IMG/VR virus record: IMGVR_UViG_3300034101_006118
Reading direction: 5' to 3' (one strand)
Length of the DNA: 64,000 bases
Source of the DNA: an uncultured virus (IMG/VR IMGVR_UViG_3300034101_006118)
Taxonomy: Duplodnaviria; Heunggongvirae; Uroviricota; Caudoviricetes
Positions 57,367 through 64,000 of this stretch are shown piece after piece. A program made the position numbers and the translations under genes. A model generated the notes under the pieces. The model was not told the origin of the DNA and did no database searches. It was given only the letters and a program-made list of their open reading frames with translations. Positions within the stretch are counted from its first letter, which is position 1. Every line of letters starts with the position of its first letter.

Positions 57367-58535
57367 ATCTGATAACCTCTTGTAGGCGTAATCCCGGTGA
57401 TGGAGTTTTACTGCCAAAAGAGATTTTACTCCTTCAGGCCAAGTTCAAGGTTTTCAAGAACAATAATCGTCCAAAGCCAGAAAACAAAAAGAAAATATTA
57501 ATTGTGTGTTGTTTTTCTGAGTTTGGCTGTGAAACTATTGGTTTGATGTATTGCATACCAAAGATTATAGCCAATAATCCCGGTGCTTATGTTATATGTG
57601 CTGGATGGTATGGAAGAGAATATTTATACAGGCATCTTGTTGACGAATTTTGGGAGATAGAACAAAGTTGCATGAATTTGCGTGAATATTCCAACGCATT
57701 TACCAACTCATCAAAAAATATCAAAAGAATAGAAAAAAATCTTGAAGAACATGGTTCTGTTTTTGCCACTAATAAAATGGGTTATTTATGTGTTGTTAAC
57801 ACTTGTGAGTTGTGCAAAAAAACTTGGTGTGCTGCCGAGGTTGAGAAGGGATGTCCTAGTTGTTTTTCTGAGAATGTTGTAAGAGGATTTCTATCTGATA
57901 TTTCACATCATAGAAAATTTGCCGTCAATGTTCCAAGGCCTTCGATCAAGATGCAGTCAAAGGCGAGGGAATTACTGAAGCCTAATTCGGTTGGAATCTT
58001 TGCTAGGGGAAGAAAGATATACGGCAGGAATTTGAGTTCTGAATTTTATGTAAAGTTGATAAGTACACTTGAGGAAATGGGTTATAACCCAATATGGCTT
58101 GGAGAAAAACAAAGTGTGCAGCCATGCCCAGTTGATCATATTGTTGATTTTAGCAGGATGGAAGAATCAAGGGATTTGGAATTAACTTTAGCTATAATGA
58201 CAAATTTGCAATTTACGATTCAGTTTTGGACAGCATCTACTCGATTGGCAAGCATGATGGGCGTTCCTTGGATTCTTTTTGAGAGTCCTGATCAGATTGC
58301 TGGAAATGGCCAAGAAGGCAAAAGAATTGCTTTAACTACAGATTATAATAAGAAAAAGTTGGTTTTGGCTCATTATTTTAGTGTTGTTGAGAATCACGAT
58401 CTTGCCTTGGATGTTTTGAAAAAGGCAATTAAAGAAATGAATGAAGATAATTGGGAAGACATATTGGGTTTGGTTGAAGATCAAGGAATAGTTTCCGAAA
58501 TGGTACAAAAACAAAAAGAGTGGAGGAACATGTGA
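57363..58535 (+). CDS. GT-B-like glycosyltransferase with zinc-ribbon insert
   Basis: SEFGCE, CxxC..CxxC insert, WTASTRLASMMGVP. Confidence 0.5.
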   Translation: MNLITSCRRNPGDGVLLPKEILLLQAKFKVFKNNNRPKPENKKKILIVCCFSEFGCETIGLMYCIPKIIANNPGAYVICAGWYGREYLYRHLVDEFWEIEQSCMNLREYSNAFTNSSKNIKRIEKNLEEHGSVFATNKMGYLCVVNTCELCKKTWCAAEVEKGCPSCFSENVVRGFLSDISHHRKFAVNVPRPSIKMQSKARELLKPNSVGIFARGRKIYGRNLSSEFYVKLISTLEEMGYNPIWLGEKQSVQPCPVDHIVDFSRMEESRDLELTLAIMTNLQFTIQFWTASTRLASMMGVPWILFESPDQIAGNGQEGKRIALTTDYNKKKLVLAHYFSVVENHDLALDVLKKAIKEMNEDNWEDILGLVEDQGIVSEMVQKQKEWRNM

Positions 58536-59686
58536 TTTCTGTAGTTGATTTTTTGAAGAGAGCCGCTGATCGAAATGGATTCATAAGGGATCGCTACGAA
58601 GAGAAGAAGATTCCTACTGATTTCACAGGGATTAGTGTTCTTCCTTTCTTTGGCGACTTAAGAAATTTGACAGTTCTTTCTTCTTATCTTTTGCATCGTT
58701 ACCGCAATGAGGTTAGAGGCTCAAAGTACTTTATAGTAGCATCGTGGCCGGGATTCCAAGGCCTTTTTCCTTACGCTGACGAGTATTGGTCATTGAACGA
58801 TGATTCAATAATAAGGAAATTTTATGAACGATCAGAAGGCATGAGAAACAAGTCAGATTTCTCATCAACCTTTATTCGCAATTTCAATGAATTCTTCAGG
58901 GATGTAATTGATGCCAACGAATTGCAAAAATATTATAAAAATGGCTTCACAAATCAATATTTTGAAAAGTTTACTGACACTAAGAGATTTTTGCCATTTA
59001 TTCCCAGTTCAACAATTATAGGCAGAGATTTCAATAAGTTTTTAATGACAAAGTCGGGATACAAGGTTTTTATACATCCTTCAATTTACGGAAAATTTTG
59101 GCACAATGGAATAAGTGATAATGTAAAGGCAAACAAAGATTTTTATATTGGATTGGCTAAATTCCTTCTTAAGAAAAACATCACTCCTGTTATTTGGCAA
59201 AATTACTTGTCCTATGACATATCTGACGAGCTTGACGACAAATGTATTTATATTAAGGAAAATGATATTGTTAAAGTTTTGTCTGCAATGAGGTCTTCTG
59301 ATTGTGTTTTGGATATATTTAATGGAATATCAAGACTTGCGATGATTGCTAGGAGTCCTTTTGTTTGTGTCGATGAAAGGTCTAGGTATTTTGGAACCAA
59401 AGAGTTAGAAATAGACAGTTTGAGCGGAAGCAAGATACCCAAGCAATATATTTTTTCGTTTTCTACTATCATAACAAGTGGCGATATTGGTTTGTGGACG
59501 AGTGATATTTATCAGACGATTTATCAAAAGATGGAATCGTTTCTTCCAGAACTAAATCGAGACGATTGGCCTTCTACTGCGGAATCTTATGAAAATGTGC
59601 CTTATGGAGAATTTGTGCAGCCGCAGAAGACCAAGAAATTAGGAACAAGGTTTATAAAGGTTTCGTCTGAAGACGAAATAAGATAG
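58520..59686 (+). CDS. GT-B-like protein (paralog-like to previous)
   Basis: FFGDL, ADEYW, FNGISRLAMIARSP. Confidence 0.5.
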   Translation: MEEHVISVVDFLKRAADRNGFIRDRYEEKKIPTDFTGISVLPFFGDLRNLTVLSSYLLHRYRNEVRGSKYFIVASWPGFQGLFPYADEYWSLNDDSIIRKFYERSEGMRNKSDFSSTFIRNFNEFFRDVIDANELQKYYKNGFTNQYFEKFTDTKRFLPFIPSSTIIGRDFNKFLMTKSGYKVFIHPSIYGKFWHNGISDNVKANKDFYIGLAKFLLKKNITPVIWQNYLSYDISDELDDKCIYIKENDIVKVLSAMRSSDCVLDIFNGISRLAMIARSPFVCVDERSRYFGTKELEIDSLSGSKIPKQYIFSFSTIITSGDIGLWTSDIYQTIYQKMESFLPELNRDDWPSTAESYENVPYGEFVQPQKTKKLGTRFIKVSSEDEIR

Positions 59687-59697
59687 AGGACAAAAAA

Positions 59698-59985
59698 ATG
59701 GCTTGTAAAGTTGAATTGCGTGATCTTCCTTCTAATCCGAGTTGGTACGAGAAGGAGATTGCATTCAAAAAAATGTTCACTGCATTTAAGAAACAGGTTG
59801 CAGAAGCTGGAATTCTGCATGACTACAAGGCTAGGGAATTTTATGAAACTCCCGGCGAAGAGAGAAGAAGAAAGAAAAGAGAGGCCGAAAATGTGCGCCT
59901 AAAGGAAAAGTTGCGTGAGAACTTTCCTGAGAGACGCAAGCCCAAGAAGTCCGACAATAAGAAAGCAAAAACTAAAGGTGAATAA
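59698..59985 (+). CDS. rpsU: ribosomal protein bS21
   Basis: FKKQVAEAGILHDYKAREFYETPGEERRRKKREA. Confidence 0.85.
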   Translation: MACKVELRDLPSNPSWYEKEIAFKKMFTAFKKQVAEAGILHDYKAREFYETPGEERRRKKREAENVRLKEKLRENFPERRKPKKSDNKKAKTKGE

Positions 59986-60248
59986 TGACTGCTAAAAAAG
60001 GAACCATTATGAGCTTGAGTGTCGATCTCGACATTCAGGAAAAAATGAAGGCTGTTGCTAAAAAAAGGAATATTAGTGTTTCTAAATTAATTCGTGATTT
60101 GGTTGAAAAGAATTTGCCAAATGTCGATGAAGATGTTGATGTCGTTGTATTCAAGGTTCCTGTTGAAATGAGAGTTTCTTCTGAAAGTCTAAAGCAATGG
60201 CTATCAGTTCGTGTTGATGCTGTAGTTAAGGCGCTTACCACTCCATAA
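59985..60248 (+). CDS. ribbon-helix-helix (CopG-like) DNA-binding protein
   Basis: MSLSVD..IQEKMKAVAKKRNISVSKLIRDLV. Confidence 0.75.
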   Translation: MTAKKGTIMSLSVDLDIQEKMKAVAKKRNISVSKLIRDLVEKNLPNVDEDVDVVVFKVPVEMRVSSESLKQWLSVRVDAVVKALTTP

Positions 60249-60270
60249 TAAGAGGCAGTTAAATTCCGTC

Positions 60271-60783
60271 ATGACTCAATCAAGCATGAAATTTTCCGAC
60301 CCGTTAAAAATAGTCGCAGTCGCAGATATTCCAAAGGCCATGGATGTGCCTTTGGATAATCTAATGGCGATTTTTCGATTGTGTAATAAAATGGAAAAAA
60401 TCTGCGACGAAAATAATGGCATAGGACTGTCCGCAAACCAATTGGGCATTCCTTGGAAATTATTTATTGTAAAAAGAAACAGGACTTTTGAATATTATTT
60501 GAATTGCGATTATATCGGAGAAGGCGAAAAGATGAGATCAGTTGAAGGATGCCTTTCTCTAAGAAGCGAATCTGGTGAATTTAGAAGATTTGAAGTTGAG
60601 CGTTTTTCCAAAATAAAGCTTAATGGCAAACAGTTGATTATATCTGGAATGCCTTCTTTGGTTTTGCACGATGTCAGCAGGCAAGAAAAAGATTTGTTTG
60701 CAGTTGTTTTTCAGCATGAAATCGATCATGGTTCTGATAAACTAATTTCGGATATTGGGAAAGAAGTTGAAATTTCTGATTGA
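60271..60783 (+). CDS. def: peptide deformylase
   Basis: GIGLSANQ, EGCLS, QHEIDH. Confidence 0.92.
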   Translation: MTQSSMKFSDPLKIVAVADIPKAMDVPLDNLMAIFRLCNKMEKICDENNGIGLSANQLGIPWKLFIVKRNRTFEYYLNCDYIGEGEKMRSVEGCLSLRSESGEFRRFEVERFSKIKLNGKQLIISGMPSLVLHDVSRQEKDLFAVVFQHEIDHGSDKLISDIGKEVEISD

Positions 60784-60803
60784 AATCTCGGAGTGAATGA
60801 GCG

Positions 60804-61082
60804 ATGTTGAGTTTGAAGCAGCTAAAGGATGTTTGTCTTGTTGACGATGTAACACATCGTCGCTGCCGCTATTTGTCACAGGACGACAACGATAGAAACA
60901 AATTTTATTGCATGAAAATTTCTGCCAAAGCCGAAAAGATTGATGAAGAAATTGACTCGTATGTGCATTCAATGCACATGAAAGGCAAGAATATTCATGC
61001 CGACAATCTGCCTTTGGGAGATAATTGTGGTGGCTATCCATTGCTCAGGCATATCGAGCAAGGTTACGATCAAAAAAATTAA
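60804..61082 (+). CDS. Cys-containing hypothetical protein
   Basis: GGAG SD; CRYL, FYC, GDNCGG. Confidence 0.6.
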   Translation: MLSLKQLKDVCLVDDVTHRRCRYLSQDDNDRNKFYCMKISAKAEKIDEEIDSYVHSMHMKGKNIHADNLPLGDNCGGYPLLRHIEQGYDQKN

Positions 61083-61570
61083 TTTGATTGAAGTCTTTGC
61101 TTAATTAATTCATAGATGTCTTTTGCTCTATTCTCTTCGGCAGCAATAGACAATATTTCGGTTTCAAATTTCGGGCTGTTAAAACGGGCAATTTCTCTTG
61201 CCATGAGTTCGCCAGTCTTTTCGCTCTTAATTGCCCTGTCACGATAATAGAATAAAAACATACCGACGACAACTATTGCGAATACAAAAATTAATGCACC
61301 ATCTCCTTGAATTATTTGAATTCCTGTATTTTCATTGCGTGAAATTGCAGAGTTGATGTTCACCAAGCCGCTTTGAATTTCTTTGAGTTTACTGTTATTG
61401 ACTTCCATTTCTTGACGCAATTTACCAATTTCAGCCATTATACCATTTTGATTTGTTCGTATATCCTCTATTTTACCGCTTTTATTTTCAATCTTTGGAT
61501 TATTCCGTGGATTGAAGTTTGCACATCCTGACAAAAATATCAGAGCGATCAAAAAAATGAATTTTTTCAT
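61079..61570 (-). CDS. lipoprotein with coiled coil and TM segment
   Basis: MKK + hydrophobic + LSGC lipobox; TM near residue 90-107. Confidence 0.7.
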   Translation of the reverse strand: MKKFIFLIALIFLSGCANFNPRNNPKIENKSGKIEDIRTNQNGIMAEIGKLRQEMEVNNSKLKEIQSGLVNINSAISRNENTGIQIIQGDGALIFVFAIVVVGMFLFYYRDRAIKSEKTGELMAREIARFNSPKFETEILSIAAEENRAKDIYELIKQRLQSN

Positions 61571-61686
61571 GTTAATTCTCCATTTTATGTATCGTCATGT
61601 AAGGGTTTTTATGATATTTGGATGGTAGTTGAAAAGATTTTTTACTTTGGCACGATAACGGGGTACTTGTCATTTTGGATGGGTAA

Positions 61687-61709
61687 AGCAATCCGTCACA
61701 AGATGGAAG
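61687..61709 (+). promoter_or_regulatory. partial copy of the CRISPR-handle-like motif
   Basis: AATCCGTCACAAGATG, 16 nt identical to 34587-34602; 13 nt before ATG 61723. Confidence 0.45.
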
Positions 61710-61722
61710 TATAGAGGTAATC

Positions 61723-62217
61723 ATGAGCAAGGATGTTCTTATGTTTCCTTTTAATTCACGCAATGAGTCATCAAAAGTTGTCCACAGCTTGCTTGATGGG
61801 CTTGTGGATTATTCTGAGTCATCAAAAGATGATGATCTTGTCAACAATCAAATTGTCGAAGAATTTAAGCAGAATGCAAAAAATTTGGCTATAAAGTATG
61901 CCTCTGAGTATTTCAAAGGCAAGAGTCTTTATGTTGGCGGCAAAATTACGGAACAGATTTTGATTAACGATAAAATAATTTCCACCATACTGAACTCAGA
62001 TATGTTGAGCAGCATCGACAAAGCGCATGGTGGCATAAATGGTAACGAGGACTTGGTTTTCAAGACAAGTCTTGATGGTGTTGATGGTGGGGCAAAAATG
62101 ATCATTGATATTTTGAATGATATTTCACTATCCCCTTTTCGCATACCCAAGGAATTCGCTGGTGGCATTTTGTTGTTGCATTTAGAATTAGTTGAGGGGG
62201 TTGTTTTTGAATCGTGA
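61723..62217 (+). CDS. hypothetical protein
   Basis: GAGG SD, 164 aa. Confidence 0.6.
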   Translation: MSKDVLMFPFNSRNESSKVVHSLLDGLVDYSESSKDDDLVNNQIVEEFKQNAKNLAIKYASEYFKGKSLYVGGKITEQILINDKIISTILNSDMLSSIDKAHGGINGNEDLVFKTSLDGVDGGAKMIIDILNDISLSPFRIPKEFAGGILLLHLELVEGVVFES

Positions 62218-62521
62218 CTTATTGCTTCTCAGCAGAGAATTTGACAATTATCAGCTTCCAAAGGAAAAGAAATACCTCCTGAATTATTTTGATTCGGTTA
62301 TTCAGGAGGCATTTCTCAAATATTATTTTGTATTTCATGATTTTAAGAATTTCACGGATCATACTGGTATTTCTGTTCAGCCAAAGTGGTTGAAGAATTT
62401 GCATGAAAAATTGCAAATTATTGAAAAAGCCCACAAAGAAGCAAAATTAAATTTTGATATGGCTGGTGTTTTAGAAATAGAAAATGGAAATTATAAATTT
62501 AACAAGCATCGTAGTAAATAA
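62192..62521 (+). CDS. hypothetical protein
   Basis: 109-aa ORF, start uncertain. Confidence 0.55.
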   Translation: MRGLFLNRDLLLLSREFDNYQLPKEKKYLLNYFDSVIQEAFLKYYFVFHDFKNFTDHTGISVQPKWLKNLHEKLQIIEKAHKEAKLNFDMAGVLEIENGNYKFNKHRSK

Positions 62522-62524
62522 TTT

Positions 62525-62755
62525 ATGGCACTTATATCATTCAAAGACTGGCGTAATAAATTTGACGAGGCTAGTCCCACAACTCGTTTGAGGGATGAGA
62601 TCATGAGGGGCAATCACCCCATGTCAGCCGGTGTTGCGATGTCAAGATCAACTCCACATCCTGAATTTGTTAAGAAGGCAATTAAGGAATTTGGCACACC
62701 AGATCATCCTAAGAAAAAACGAAAAAGTAAGCGCAAAAAGAAAAAAGGTCAATAA
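62525..62755 (+). CDS. small basic protein (capsid-targeting-like N-terminus)
   Basis: MALISFKDWRNKFDEA ... KKKRKSKRKKKK; TAAATA 4 nt upstream. Confidence 0.65.
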   Translation: MALISFKDWRNKFDEASPTTRLRDEIMRGNHPMSAGVAMSRSTPHPEFVKKAIKEFGTPDHPKKKRKSKRKKKKGQ

Positions 62756-63150
62756 TGCTGTCTTTTCACGAATGGAGAGCAAAAAGGCTTGATGAAGCTG
62801 CCAAAAAAGGTAAGCCAAAAAAGGCTCCTGTGGCAAGGCATGACATTGAAACATGGCTTAAGGAAATAGAAAGTCTTAAGAAAGACCTAGAAGAACTTAA
62901 AAAAGCCAAGAAAATAGCCGCTCAAAAACTCGCTAGACTGGCAGATATTGAAAAGCTTGATTCTAAGAAACCCGATTCTAAGAAACCCGATTCTAAGAAA
63001 CCCGATTCTAAGAAACCTGATTCTAAGAAACCTGATTCTAAGAAACCTGATTCTAAGAAACCTCTTAAAAAATATGTTTCTAAGAAGATTAAGAAAAAAG
63101 GCGACACAAGATTAAAAAATCCGTCAGAAATTGACAAAGAGAAAAAATGA
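62755..63150 (+). CDS. Lys-rich protein with (DSKKP)7 (capsid-targeting-like N-terminus)
   Basis: MLSFHEWRAKRLDEA; TAATG coupling to previous gene. Confidence 0.7.
   Translation: MLSFHEWRAKRLDEAAKKGKPKKAPVARHDIETWLKEIESLKKDLEELKKAKKIAAQKLARLADIEKLDSKKPDSKKPDSKKPDSKKPDSKKPDSKKPDSKKPLKKYVSKKIKKKGDTRLKNPSEIDKEKK
62959..63063 (+). repeat. 15-bp coding tandem repeat x7
   Basis: GATTCTAAGAAACC(C/T) x7. Confidence 0.95.
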
Positions 63151-63239
63151 TGATTATTGCAAATGCGTATAATGTCTAAGATAACCAACGCTTGTTAGAA
63201 AGAAGATACTCTCTAAGAGCGAAAATAAGGGGCTATCTT

Positions 63240-63701
63240 ATGTCAGAAGAATCTAGAATATCATCACAAGAAGATATAATTAACGATGTTGAAAAACAGA
63301 GTTTGAAAAATGCTCGGGAAGTTCATGGTAGTATTTCCATAATTCAAGCAGAACAAGAAACATATGTGATTGCAGTCGCAATTTGCTTAGATAAAAGCAA
63401 GAATTTTATCAATAAAATTAATTGCAAGCGTGGAGTACCCATTCAGGGTTATGTCTACGATGCCCAATCAGACAGTTACTTTTTAGAATGTAGTGATTTC
63501 TTGCATATTGGAATTATACCTGCATCATTTGTTGCAACATTCAAAAACTATAGTGGCTGGAAAATGTTTGTCCCAATGCCAGAAAGTGTAATTAAAAGGC
63601 ACCTGAATGATTCTCAAAAGAAAGATTTGAAACAATTTAAGAATCATTTCAAGGCTGATGAATTCATTATAAATTTTATTCAAATGGTAAATCCAAATTA
63701 A
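63240..63701 (+). CDS. hypothetical protein
   Basis: ATG 63240 after AGGGG. Confidence 0.6.
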   Translation: MSEESRISSQEDIINDVEKQSLKNAREVHGSISIIQAEQETYVIAVAICLDKSKNFINKINCKRGVPIQGYVYDAQSDSYFLECSDFLHIGIIPASFVATFKNYSGWKMFVPMPESVIKRHLNDSQKKDLKQFKNHFKADEFIINFIQMVNPN

Positions 63702-63725
63702 TTCCTCAATAAAATTCCAAAAAAT

Positions 63726-64000
63726 ATGAATTGCTTCCAGAAAAAAAATCTGCAAGAGAAAATAGAAAACCATGATTATTGGATGACCATGGCTTTTATG
63801 TTTGCTGTAAAATCTAAAACCAACCGTGCTTGCGTATTAGTCAACAATGCTAATAGATTGATATCTTATGGCATTGAAAATCCCCCTGAGTTTGCGGAAT
63901 CAACCAAAATATTGATTCCAGCAGAAATACAAGCGATTATTGGATGCAAGAACGAAATCATAAATGCTAATCTTTATATAACCAGCCCTCCAACTAGGGA
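63726..64000 (+). CDS. deaminase-fold protein, probably inactive (runs off window)
   Basis: YWMTMA..A..S..ACVLV..RLISYG..PAE..AI..LYITSPP, with PAE for HAE and PP for PC. Confidence 0.45.
   Translation, partial: MNCFQKKNLQEKIENHDYWMTMAFMFAVKSKTNRACVLVNNANRLISYGIENPPEFAESTKILIPAEIQAIIGCKNEIINANLYITSPPTR

Noticed and set aside
62959..63063. Second CRISPR array
   Set aside because: Spacerless in-frame 15-bp coding repeat
1..64000. Stop-codon recoding or tRNA genes
   Set aside because: Conserved genes are full length in code 11 and end in TAA, TGA and TAG; no tRNA cloverleaf seen other than the tmRNA ends

Overview
AT-rich, gene-dense 64-kb segment of a large ('jumbo/huge') tailed phage genome in the standard genetic code. 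It carries T4-like replication and recombination genes (gp41/DnaB helicase, gp32-like SSB, RecA/UvsX, UvsY-like, gp4-like nuclease), a compact PolA-family polymerase and a DnaE split into two distant genes. It also has nucleotide-metabolism genes (ThyX, dCMP deaminase, dNMP kinase), many glycosylation genes (HldE, Glf, GT2/GT9-like), translation-related genes (tmRNA, bS21, peptide deformylase, RimI-like) and a PrkA/YeaG-YeaH-SpoVR operon. The clearest accessory system is a minimal type V-I CRISPR-Cas locus: Cas12i (38031-41132) plus a 10-repeat/9-spacer array, with no cas1/cas2/cas4 in the window. Signals not explained by standard annotation: (1) a ~500-nt, promoter-driven, multi-helix non-coding RNA candidate upstream of polA; (2) solitary hairpins resembling the Cas12i crRNA handle in the 5' regions of unrelated genes; (3) two smaller structured RNA candidates; (4) a dozen proteins with T4-like capsid-targeting N-termini, some apparently leaderless behind a TAAATA-like box; (5) apparent avoidance of CCWGG. 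All calls come from motif recognition by eye; no database searches or folding programs were run.
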